From assembly GCA_035578045.1 (NCBI GenBank), contig DATJWP010000136.1, positions 3,975 to 67,974 on the forward strand: 64,000 nt of DNA, in the 5' to 3' direction. This stretch comes from Polyangia bacterium (lineage in GTDB: Bacteria; Myxococcota_A; Polyangia; Fen-1088). The translations under genes and the position numbers were made by a program. Positions 16,812 through 25,094 of this stretch are shown here, piece by piece (the first letter of the stretch is position 1; every line of letters begins with the position of its first letter). The notes beneath the pieces are model-generated. The model made no database searches and had not been told where the DNA came from. It saw only the letters and a list, made by a program, of their open reading frames with translations.

Positions 16812-19046
16812 GTGGCACGCAGAGCTCGCCGCCAGCACAGCACTGTCCGGACGCCGGTCCTCAACGATCCGGCCAATGCCAAGCTGTTCATCAACCGGGA
16901 GCTCTCCTGGTTGGGGTTCAACGAACGGGTGCTCGAGGAGGCGCGCGACCCGACCGTTCCGCTGGTCGAACGGCTGAAGTTCCTGTGCATCGTCGCCTCC
17001 AACCTGGACGAGTTCTTCATGGTCCGGGTCGCCGGGCTCAAGCAGCAGCTCTCGGGAAACGTCGCCGAGACGCCCCCTGACGGGCTGACCTCCGCCGAGC
17101 AGCTGGCCGCGATCAGCGCCCGGGCGCACGCGATGGTGGCGGAGCAGTACCGCATCTGGCGCGCGGAGGTCTCGCCCGGCCTGGTGGAGGCGGGCATCCG
17201 GCTGCTGCGGGCGGCGGACCTGACCCCCGAACAAAAGACGCACCTGTCGGCCTACTTCGCGCGCGAGGTCTGGCCGGTGCTGACGCCGCTGGCGGTCGAT
17301 CCCGGCCACCCGTTTCCGATGCTGCGCAACCGCAGCCTGAACCTGGCCATCCTCATACACCGAGAGCGCGAGAAGGTCGCCCGCCGCGAGACGATGGTCG
17401 CGGTGGTTCAGGTGCCGTCGGTGTTGCCGCGCATCACCGATGTGCCGGGCAGCGGCCGGTTCTCGTTCACCCTGCTGGAAGACCTGATCGCGATGCACGC
17501 CGGCGAGCTGTTCCCGGGCTTCAGGGTCGTGGGATGCAGCCCGTTCCGGGTGACCCGCAACTTCGATCTGTCGATCGACGAGGACGAGGCCGACGACCTG
17601 TTGAAGACGATCCAGAAAGAGCTGCGCCGCCGCGAGCGGGGCAGCGCCGTGCGCCTGGAGATCGCCCAGGACACCCCGCAGGAGGTGGTCTCGTTCCTCA
17701 GCTCCGCGCTGCGGCTGGAGCCCGACGACGTCTATCTCACCGACGGGCCGCTGCACCTGGCCGACCTGGCGCCCATCTGCGGCCGCGACGACCTGCGCGA
17801 GTACAAGGACGAACCGTTCTCGCCCCAGATCGTGCCGCCGCTGCAGGAGTACGACGACATCTTCCGGGTGATCGCGCAGCGGGACGTGCTGCTCCAGCAC
17901 CCCTACGAGTCGTTCGAGGACGTGGTCGAGTTCATCTCGGAGGCCGCCGACGACCCGAACGTGCTGGCCATCAAGCAGACGCTGTACCGGACCAGCGCCG
18001 ACTCGCCCATCATCCGGGCGCTGATCCGCGCCGCCGAGAACGGCAAGCAGGTGACGGCGGTGGTCGAGCTGAAGGCGCGCTTCGACGAGGCGCCCAACAT
18101 CCAGTGGGCCCGCACGCTGGAGGACGCGGGCGTGCACGTGGTCTACGGCCTGATCGGCCTCAAGACCCACTGCAAGGTGGCGCTGGTGGTGCGCCGCGAA
18201 GGGAACCGCATCAAGCGCTACGTCCACCTGTCGACCGGCAACTACAACCCGTCGACCGCCCGCATCTACGGCGACCTGTCTTACTTCACGGCCCGCGAGC
18301 CGTTCGCCGACGACGCCGGCGCGCTGTTCAACCTGCTGACCGGCTACTCGTCGCCGCCGTCGTGGAAGCGGTTCTCGGTGGCGCCGCTGGGGCTGCAGGA
18401 CAAGATCATCGCCCTCATCGAACGCGAGGCGGCGCTGGGGACGCGCGGGCGCATCGTGGCCAAGATGAACGCGCTGGTCGACGCCCCGGTCATCAAGGCG
18501 CTCTACCGCGCGTCACAGGCGGGCGCGGCGATCGACCTGGTGGTGCGCGGCATCTGCTGTCTGCGGCCCGGCGTGCCGGGCACCAGCGACAACATCCGCG
18601 TGACCAGCATCGTGGACCGCTTCCTGGAGCACGCCCGCATCTTCTACTTCGAGAACGGCGGCAAACGCGAGGTCTACCTGTCGTCGGCGGACTGGATGCC
18701 GCGCAACTTCCAGCGCCGGGTCGAGGTGATGTTCCCGATCGACGACGACGGGCTGCGCGATCGCGTCGTCGACGAGATCCTGGCGATTGCGCTGGCCGAC
18801 AACGTCAAGGCCAGGCAGCTCTTGCCCGACGGCTCGTACGAGCGGGTTCCACCGCCGCTCAAGCCGCTGCGCAGCCAGGCGCGCTTCATGGAGCTGGCGC
18901 GCGAGAAGGCCCAGACGGCCCCGCCGCTCCCCGGGAGCAACGGCGGATACCACGTGCGCGTGACGCCGATCGCTCGCAGCACGGCGCCGACCGGCGGCTC
19001 GACGGGGCCGGCCGGGCCGCCGACCAGTGGCTCGTCGTCCGGGTAG
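16812..19046 (+). CDS. ppk1: Polyphosphate kinase 1
   Basis: NRELSWLGFNERVLEEA, ERLKFLCIVASNLDEFFMVRV, HCKVALVVRREG and HLSTGNYN match PPK1 with its two PLD-like HKD-type domains. The start is GTG. Confidence 0.95.
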   Translation: MARRARRQHSTVRTPVLNDPANAKLFINRELSWLGFNERVLEEARDPTVPLVERLKFLCIVASNLDEFFMVRVAGLKQQLSGNVAETPPDGLTSAEQLAAISARAHAMVAEQYRIWRAEVSPGLVEAGIRLLRAADLTPEQKTHLSAYFAREVWPVLTPLAVDPGHPFPMLRNRSLNLAILIHREREKVARRETMVAVVQVPSVLPRITDVPGSGRFSFTLLEDLIAMHAGELFPGFRVVGCSPFRVTRNFDLSIDEDEADDLLKTIQKELRRRERGSAVRLEIAQDTPQEVVSFLSSALRLEPDDVYLTDGPLHLADLAPICGRDDLREYKDEPFSPQIVPPLQEYDDIFRVIAQRDVLLQHPYESFEDVVEFISEAADDPNVLAIKQTLYRTSADSPIIRALIRAAENGKQVTAVVELKARFDEAPNIQWARTLEDAGVHVVYGLIGLKTHCKVALVVRREGNRIKRYVHLSTGNYNPSTARIYGDLSYFTAREPFADDAGALFNLLTGYSSPPSWKRFSVAPLGLQDKIIALIEREAALGTRGRIVAKMNALVDAPVIKALYRASQAGAAIDLVVRGICCLRPGVPGTSDNIRVTSIVDRFLEHARIFYFENGGKREVYLSSADWMPRNFQRRVEVMFPIDDDGLRDRVVDEILAIALADNVKARQLLPDGSYERVPPPLKPLRSQARFMELAREKAQTAPPLPGSNGGYHVRVTPIARSTAPTGGSTGPAGPPTSGSSSG

Positions 19047-19073
19047 GATTTGCGTATAAAATTCAACCACCGC

Positions 19074-19661
19074 ATGCGATTTGCGCTGGGTCTGGCCCTC
19101 GCGCTGGCGACCGCCGCAGCGAGCCGCGCGTCGGCCACGCTCGTCATGGCGCTCGATCTGCCGACGATGGTCGGGCGGGCGGACCGGATCGCGGTCGTCG
19201 ACGTCGTCTCGGTCAGCGCGGCCTGGAACGAGCGGCACGATCGGATCTCGACGTCGATCGAGCTGACCGTGGTCGACTGCTGGAAAGGCGCCCTGCCGGC
19301 CGGCGCGCGGTTGACCGTCCGCCAGCCGGGCGGGACCGTCGGCGACATCACCACGACGGTCGATGGGATGCCCCGGTTCTCGCCCGGCGAGCGCGCCCTG
19401 GTCTTCCTGCGCGGCCCGGCCGCTCGCTCGGCGGTGGTCGGACTGACCCAGGGCAAGCGCCCCCTGCGCCGCGATCCCGCCAGCGGCCGCTGGATGGTGG
19501 CCGGTCCGGAGCGGGCGGGGGCCGATTTCGTGCGGCCCACCGCCGCCGCCGCCGCGGGCGCGCCGGTCCTCGAGGCGCGGACCCGGTCGCTGGACGAGGT
19601 GCGCGCGGAGGTCCAGACGCAAGTCCAGACGGGGATCCGGGCGCTGGCTCCCGCAAAATGA
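19074..19661 (+). CDS. Secreted hypothetical protein preceding the metalloprotease pair
   Basis: Signal peptide MRFALGLALALATAAASRASA. No recognisable motif. Its stop overlaps the next ATG (ATGA at 19658-19661). Confidence 0.6.
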   Translation: MRFALGLALALATAAASRASATLVMALDLPTMVGRADRIAVVDVVSVSAAWNERHDRISTSIELTVVDCWKGALPAGARLTVRQPGGTVGDITTTVDGMPRFSPGERALVFLRGPAARSAVVGLTQGKRPLRRDPASGRWMVAGPERAGADFVRPTAAAAAGAPVLEARTRSLDEVRAEVQTQVQTGIRALAPAK

Positions 19662-20581
19662 GGCCCTTCGCACGGGTGCTGGCCATCGCCGCCGCCGCCG
19701 GCGGTTTGATCCTGCCGCGCGCCGCACAGGCGTTCGTTCGCTACTATACCGAGGAGAACGCCGCGTTCTTCTGGGCGTTGCCGGATCTGCCGGTGACCGC
19801 CTACGTGAACGGCTTCAACCAGTCGACCATGACGACCGACCAGGTCATCGGCGCCATCACCGCGGCCGCGGCCGCCTGGAGCGCCGACCAGAACAGCTGC
19901 ACCTACCTCTCGATCCTGCCGGCCACCTCCAGCGCACCGGCGCCGCTCGCCGCCAACGACGGGCACAACTCGCTGATCTTCCGCAGCTCCAGCTGGTGCC
20001 AGCTGGCGCCCGACGGGAGCTGCGAGGTCGACTACGATGCGTCCGCGCTGGCCTTCACCTGGGACACGGCCAACAAGAAGACCGGGCAGATCTACGACGC
20101 CGACATCGAGGTCAACCTGGTCGATTTTCAATGGGCAGACGTCACCGCCGATCCGAACCTGGGTGAGGACATGGACCTGCAGAATGCCCTCACCCACGAG
20201 CTCGGCCACTTCATCGGCCTGGATCACACCTGCTTCAACCAGCTCTCGCCGCCGGGCACCCCTCACCCGCTGGACAACACCGGCACCCCGATCCCCGATT
20301 GCGATCAGGCCTCGGCCGACGTGGCGGCGACGACGATGTACCCTTCGGCGATGCCCGGCGACACGCAAAAACGGACGCTCGCCCCCGACGACACGAACGG
20401 GCTGTGCACGATCTACCCGGCCGACCACCCGCCGCCGGGCGTGACCGATCAGCTGCGCGGCGGCTGCGCGCGCTGCGCGCTGTCCCCGGCACCCTCAGGC
20501 CCGCTCGGCGCCGCGAGCCTGGTGGTCGCGGGCGTCGTGAGCGCGGCGGCCCTGGCTGGCCGCCGCAGGAGACGGCCATGA
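19658..20581 (+). CDS. Matrixin-like zinc metalloprotease with MYXO-CTERM sorting tail, paralog 1
   Basis: Signal peptide, then the zinc site HELGHFIGLDHTC (HExxHxxGxxH) and a Met-turn TTMYP. The C-terminal tail GGCARC...hydrophobic...GRRRRRP is of the MYXO-CTERM type. This is the real 3' third of track ORF 17534..20581. Confidence 0.85.
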   Translation: MRPFARVLAIAAAAGGLILPRAAQAFVRYYTEENAAFFWALPDLPVTAYVNGFNQSTMTTDQVIGAITAAAAAWSADQNSCTYLSILPATSSAPAPLAANDGHNSLIFRSSSWCQLAPDGSCEVDYDASALAFTWDTANKKTGQIYDADIEVNLVDFQWADVTADPNLGEDMDLQNALTHELGHFIGLDHTCFNQLSPPGTPHPLDNTGTPIPDCDQASADVAATTMYPSAMPGDTQKRTLAPDDTNGLCTIYPADHPPPGVTDQLRGGCARCALSPAPSGPLGAASLVVAGVVSAAALAGRRRRRP

Positions 20582-21531
20582 ACGGACGCGCCGCCGCCGT
20601 AGCGCTGGCGCTGGCGCTGGCGCTCGTCGTCGCGGCCCCGTCGCCGTCGCGCGCGTACGTGCGCGAGGTCTCGGATCAGCCCCCCCACCTCCCGGTGTAC
20701 TGGAGCTCGCCCTGCGTGGTGGCGACCATCTACATGAACGGCTTCACCGAGATGACCAGCGACGAGGTCGCCAAGTCGATCGGGGCGGCGGCCCAGGCCT
20801 GGAGCCCGGACACGGTGACCTGTCCCGGCCCGGGCACCGACGCCGGCGCCGGCCACCCCGCGTTCGAGATCATCACCCAGATGTCGACCGGTGGCCCGGT
20901 CCCGTCGCTGGACGGCAGCACCGACGGGAACAACTCGATCATCTTCCGCACCACCGACTGGATCGAGGACATGCCCGAGGCGATCGCCCTGACCTCGAGG
21001 AACACCGACCCATCCGGCCGCATCTTCAGCGCCAACGTCGAGATCAACGCCGTGCCGGTCACGGTGGATCCGTTCAGAGACTTCCAGTGGGCCAACCTGG
21101 ACCCGGGGAGCCCAGGCGGTGGCCATGTCGACGCCATCGATCTGCAGACCGCCATCACACACGAGTTCGGTCACCTCCTGGGCCTGGCCCATACCTGCTT
21201 CAGCACCTTCGATCCGCTCCCGCGCCCGGTGGACGATCTGGGCCAGCCGATCCCGGACTGTACCGACGGCGCCAACATTCCCGAGGCGGCCGCCGTGATG
21301 TGGTACACGGTCGAGCGCAACAGCACGTCCAAGCGCGTGATCACCACGGACGACGCGCGCGGCGTCTGCGCGATCTACCCGCCCACCACCACGCCGGCCG
21401 TCTGCGCGGTCAACGTTCCGGAAGACGGCTGCGGCTGCCACACCGGCGGCACCCGGCCAGCCGTCGCGAGCACCTTGCTCCTCGCGCTGGGCGCGCTCGT
21501 GGCAGCACGACGGCGGCTGGGCATTCGATAG
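20578..21531 (+). CDS. Matrixin-like zinc metalloprotease with MYXO-CTERM sorting tail, paralog 2
   Basis: The ATG overlaps the upstream stop (ATGA). Zinc site HEFGHLLGLAHTC and Met-turn AVMWY. The tail is EDGCGCHTGG...LLLALGALVAARRR. Confidence 0.85.
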   Translation: MNGRAAAVALALALALVVAAPSPSRAYVREVSDQPPHLPVYWSSPCVVATIYMNGFTEMTSDEVAKSIGAAAQAWSPDTVTCPGPGTDAGAGHPAFEIITQMSTGGPVPSLDGSTDGNNSIIFRTTDWIEDMPEAIALTSRNTDPSGRIFSANVEINAVPVTVDPFRDFQWANLDPGSPGGGHVDAIDLQTAITHEFGHLLGLAHTCFSTFDPLPRPVDDLGQPIPDCTDGANIPEAAAVMWYTVERNSTSKRVITTDDARGVCAIYPPTTTPAVCAVNVPEDGCGCHTGGTRPAVASTLLLALGALVAARRRLGIR

Positions 21532-21600
21532 GCCGATCTGGACCCAGTGCCGTTCAGTCGACGTCACCGATCTCGGTCGGGGTGACGTCCGGGCCCCACC

Positions 21601-21621
21601 CGACGAGCCTCCGGCTCGTCG
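21601..21621. terminator. Perfect 9-bp hairpin CGACGAGCC-TCC-GGCTCGTCG between convergent genes
   Basis: Read directly from the sequence. It sits in the 160-nt convergent gap 21532..21691. No U-tract follows, so it may be a bidirectional or factor-dependent terminator. Confidence 0.35.
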
Positions 21622-21691
21622 GCCTCCCCCCCTGGCGGAGAGGCCCAGGAAGCACCTCCGCGTCCTGGCGCTCGAGTGAACAGCGCTGGAT

Positions 21692-23716
21692 CTAGACCGG
21701 ATCGAGATCGATCCGCAGGTCGCGCACCGAGGGCTCGCCCATGGTGGGGCTGGGGGGGACGTCGATCTGTTGCTCGGCGGAGCGCATCCGCGGCGCCGAG
21801 ACCCGCAGCCGCCACGCGCCTGGCGCGAGCTTGAGCAGCCGGAACGTCCCGGTCCCCCGGGTGTCGGCGGTGGCCGTTGCCCCCTCCGGACCGCTGGCCT
21901 CGATGCGCGCGTGAAGCGCCAGCGCGCCGGTGGCGCGCGCGCGGACCTCGCCGGCGACGCCGCCGGGGATGGGCACGACGATCGACGCGAACTGCCCGGC
22001 CGTGACCGGCGCGGCGATCCGCGGGTAGTCCGGGTGCTGGACCTCGATCCGCAGCTCGCCGCCCGGCAGCCGATCGATCCGGAAGTGTCCGCCGGCGTCG
22101 GCGCTGGCACTGGCCAGGGGCGGCGCGACGCCGGCGGTGGTCGCCTGACGAACGACCAGGCGGGCGTGGGCCAGCGGCCGTCCAGCGCCGTCCCGGACCG
22201 TCCCCTCCAGGGAGGCGTCGGCGCGGGCCAGCCGCAGCTCCAGCGCCGGCTCGGCGCCGCCGGCCTGGGCGACCGCCTCGGCGCTGGCGGTTCCCCGCCC
22301 TTCGGCCGACGCCGTCACCCGGTACCGGCCCGGCGCGAGCGCCAGCGCGAACTGACCCGCGCCGTCGGTGACGGCCCCGGGGAGAGCCGTGGCGCCGCCG
22401 GTCACGGCGACGCGCGCCCCCTCGAGCGGGGCTCCGGATTCGTCGAGCACCCGGCCACGCACCGGGAAGCCCTCGGCCAGCGCCAGCCCGCCCAGGTCGC
22501 GCTGCTCCCCCGCCTTCACGACAGCCTCTGTCGCCAGCGGCTGAAAGCCGTCTCGGGCCACGCCGATCCGGTAACGACCGGGGACCAGCCCTTCCAGCGC
22601 GAACTGTCCGCGCGCGTCGGTGAGCGCGCTCCGGGCCTCGCCGACCGTCACGGCCGCGCCCGCCGGCAGCGCCGCCGCCTCGGCCGCCAGCGGAAGCGTT
22701 CCCGGCCGGACTGCCAGATCGTCCAGGTCGGCCCCGGCGCAGCGAACCCGTGCCGCCGCGAGCGGCGCGCCGTCGGCCGTGGTGACCCGGCCGAAGAGAC
22801 GCCCGCCGCGCAGCAGCTCGAGGGCGATCGCCTGGGGCGGCTCGCGCTCGCGCAGATCGACCGACACCGCTCGCCGCAAGGTGAAGCCGTCCCGGGCGGC
22901 CGTCACGCGGTACCGGCCGGACGGCAGCGGCGCCACGACGAACTCACCGGCGCCGTCGCTGCGCGCCACCACGGCCAGGGGGTCCTCGCCGGGCGGCAGG
23001 GTCTCGTCCTCGGCGCGGACGTCGACCCCGATGGCGGGCTGCGCGCCGTCCTCGGTCACCCGTCCGCGCATCGAGCGGGGTGGGCCGAGCGAGAGCGCCA
23101 CCGGCTCGCCGACGGCGCCCGCCGGCGCTTCGACCCCGCGCGCGGTCGGCGATACGCCGGCGCGATCTTCTGCGCGCGCGGCGTAGGAACCCTCGCCGAG
23201 GCCGGTCACCAGGAAGCGCCCGTCGGGACCGGTGCGGGTCGCGCGGCCGGGACCACCCGACTCCGCCGCCACCCGCACGGTCGCGCCTGCGACCGGCGCC
23301 CCGTCGCGCGTCACCAGCCCGAGGATCGAGCGCCCCTCGCCGGCCAAAGTGATGGTGACACCGGTGGCCGGGGCCTGGACGGGCGCCTGCGTGGCCAGCG
23401 GGAATCCGGCCGCCTCGACCAGCAGCCGGTAGCTCCCGGGCAACCTGGTCAGCGAGAACCGCCCGTCCAGGTCCGAGATCGCCCGCGCCGGTGCGCCCTC
23501 GCTCCCCAGCGAGAAGGCCAGCAGGGTCGCGTCAGGAACCGGACGCCCGGCTGCGTCGACGACCCGGCCGGCCAGCTGGGCGGCAACCGGACGGGGTGGC
23601 GCGGGCGGCGGCCGGCGGCGACACGCGACCGAGCCGGCTACCAGGAGGGCCACCCACAGTGTCGGGCTGAAGCGGAAGGTCGCGGGGAACGTGCGGGGCA
23701 CGCTTGCGAATTCCAT
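21692..23716 (-). CDS. Secreted protein made of about seven tandem carboxypeptidase-regulatory-like (CarboxypepD_reg) beta-sandwich repeats
   Basis: The unit G(R/T/L)V.D..G.P...A.V......(G)RF.L..L.PG.Y.(L/V) recurs about seven times by eye. Examples are GRVVDAAGRPVPDATLLAF, GRVTEDGAQP, GRVLDESGAPLEGARVAV and GTVRDGAGRPLAHARLVV. Confidence 0.8.
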   Translation of the reverse strand: MEFASVPRTFPATFRFSPTLWVALLVAGSVACRRRPPPAPPRPVAAQLAGRVVDAAGRPVPDATLLAFSLGSEGAPARAISDLDGRFSLTRLPGSYRLLVEAAGFPLATQAPVQAPATGVTITLAGEGRSILGLVTRDGAPVAGATVRVAAESGGPGRATRTGPDGRFLVTGLGEGSYAARAEDRAGVSPTARGVEAPAGAVGEPVALSLGPPRSMRGRVTEDGAQPAIGVDVRAEDETLPPGEDPLAVVARSDGAGEFVVAPLPSGRYRVTAARDGFTLRRAVSVDLREREPPQAIALELLRGGRLFGRVTTADGAPLAAARVRCAGADLDDLAVRPGTLPLAAEAAALPAGAAVTVGEARSALTDARGQFALEGLVPGRYRIGVARDGFQPLATEAVVKAGEQRDLGGLALAEGFPVRGRVLDESGAPLEGARVAVTGGATALPGAVTDGAGQFALALAPGRYRVTASAEGRGTASAEAVAQAGGAEPALELRLARADASLEGTVRDGAGRPLAHARLVVRQATTAGVAPPLASASADAGGHFRIDRLPGGELRIEVQHPDYPRIAAPVTAGQFASIVVPIPGGVAGEVRARATGALALHARIEASGPEGATATADTRGTGTFRLLKLAPGAWRLRVSAPRMRSAEQQIDVPPSPTMGEPSVRDLRIDLDPV

Positions 23717-23759
23717 CGACGGGTGCTAAAGGTACCGCCCTTCCGGAGGGAACCGAAAA

Positions 23760-23951
23760 ATGGCAGCGCACTGCGAAGTCTGCTCCAAGCAGCGCCGAGT
23801 CGCCAACAACGTCAGCCACTCGAACATCAAGACCAAGAGCATCCAGCGCCCCAACCTGCGCCGGGTGCACGTGCGGCTGGCCAACGGCACGCGCGGCCAC
23901 ATCCGCGTCTGCTCGCGCTGCCTGCGCTCTGGTCTCGTCGCCAAGGCCTGA
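23760..23951 (+). CDS. rpmB: 50S ribosomal protein L28
   Basis: MAAHCEVCSKQRRVANNVSHSNIKTKSIQRPNLRRVHV... is a typical L28. GGAGGGAA Shine-Dalgarno lies upstream. Confidence 0.95.
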   Translation: MAAHCEVCSKQRRVANNVSHSNIKTKSIQRPNLRRVHVRLANGTRGHIRVCSRCLRSGLVAKA

Positions 23952-23978
23952 ACCACCTGGGCCGGGGCCGAGGTTCGG

Positions 23979-25070
23979 TCAGGGGCTCGAGGCGCAGACC
24001 AGCGTCAGGTTCAGGCTGTTGCAGCTCTGCAGGTTCGTGATGGTCGCGGTTCCGCTCATCAGCTGACCGACCGTGAACGGCTGCTGGTACGAGCAGATGA
24101 TCTGGCCGGAGGCGCAGACGGCGGCCCTGGAGCAATCCTCGTCGCCGACCCAGATTCGCCAGGCCGGTTTGGCTGCCGTCAGGGCCGAAGCGCTCACCGT
24201 CACCCCCGACGGCGTGATGGTCTGGTTCCACGAGGCCGAATAGACGTCCACGATCGTCGACGTCACCCCGGCGGTCGTGGGGGTCACGTCGCCCGACGGG
24301 TTCTCGTACTCGCAGAACAGATCGGGCGCAGTCCCCCCCTCGTCGCCACGAGCCGGATCCCACGTCCCGCCGCCCGACGGCGACATGGCGACCTGCGCGC
24401 CGGCGGCCACGATCGTCCACTGCGAGCCCGGATCGATGTCGCAGGTCCCGGCGGCCGAGCAGGTCTGGCAGGCGCCACAGGTCGTGCAGGCCGCTCCGTG
24501 GGCGCCGCACTGCTTGCCGCTGACTGGCATCACGCAGACATCGCCCGCGCAGCAACCCATCGTGCAGTTCATGGCGCTGCAGTGCTCGCCGGAACCTCCG
24601 TGGCCCCCGGCGCCCGCCGTTCCGCTCTGGCCCGCCTGCCCCTGGACACCGCCGCTGCCGCCCGCGCCGGCCAGGCCGCCATTGCCAGCCTCGCCGCTCC
24701 CCCCTAGGCCACCGGCTGCCTGACCCCCGGCGCCCGCATCGGGCATCCCACCAGCTCCGGGGCTGCCGCCCGCGTCCACGACCGTGCCCCCGCTCCCGCC
24801 GGTCGCGCCCGCGCCGCCGCCTGTCCCGATCGAGCCACCTCCCGTTCCGGTTGCGCTCGATCCGCCGGTGGCCAGACCCGATCCACCGGACCCGGCGCCG
24901 GCCGATCCGCCCGTACCGGCGCCCAGGTTCCCGCCGGTCGCGGCCGGGCCCGCGTCATGGCTGAGCTTGAGGGACGTCTCGAGGCCCGACTGGTCCACGC
25001 TGCAGGCGCTGACACAGGCGACGGCCAGGAGAAGCGCCGCGCCCAGACAGGGCAAGCTACGCATCGCCAC
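23979..25070 (-). CDS. Lipoprotein with Gly-rich low-complexity spacer, Cys-rich module and C-terminal beta-rich domain, unknown function
   Basis: Signal and lipobox LLLAVACVSAC, followed by about 130 aa of (G/S/A/T) repeats. A CxxC-rich block follows (CSAMNCTMGCCAGDVC...CTTCGACQTCSAAGTC), then about 170 aa with no motif I recognise. The start is GTG 25070 or ATG 25064. Confidence 0.65.
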   Translation of the reverse strand: MAMRSLPCLGAALLLAVACVSACSVDQSGLETSLKLSHDAGPAATGGNLGAGTGGSAGAGSGGSGLATGGSSATGTGGGSIGTGGGAGATGGSGGTVVDAGGSPGAGGMPDAGAGGQAAGGLGGSGEAGNGGLAGAGGSGGVQGQAGQSGTAGAGGHGGSGEHCSAMNCTMGCCAGDVCVMPVSGKQCGAHGAACTTCGACQTCSAAGTCDIDPGSQWTIVAAGAQVAMSPSGGGTWDPARGDEGGTAPDLFCEYENPSGDVTPTTAGVTSTIVDVYSASWNQTITPSGVTVSASALTAAKPAWRIWVGDEDCSRAAVCASGQIICSYQQPFTVGQLMSGTATITNLQSCNSLNLTLVCASSP

Positions 25071-25094
25071 ATTGTAACGATTCCGGTAAATTAT

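Noticed and set aside
17534-19657. 5' two-thirds of the 1015-aa ORF 17534..20581
   Set aside because: This part is out of frame over ppk1 and the 19074..19661 gene and is Arg/Pro/Gly-rich. Only the last 307 codons, from ATG 19658, encode the metalloprotease. The same situation applies to the 5' parts of track ORFs 36336..38513, 36611..39004, 38728..39846, 42050..43123, 44495..46927, 52590..54842 and 54658..59211.
24590-24960. Long GGC/GCC/ACC-rich repetitive-looking DNA
   Set aside because: It is the coding sequence of the Gly/Ser/Ala/Thr-rich spacer of the lipoprotein 23979..25070. I could not define a regular nucleotide repeat unit, so it is not a tandem-repeat locus or a CRISPR array.
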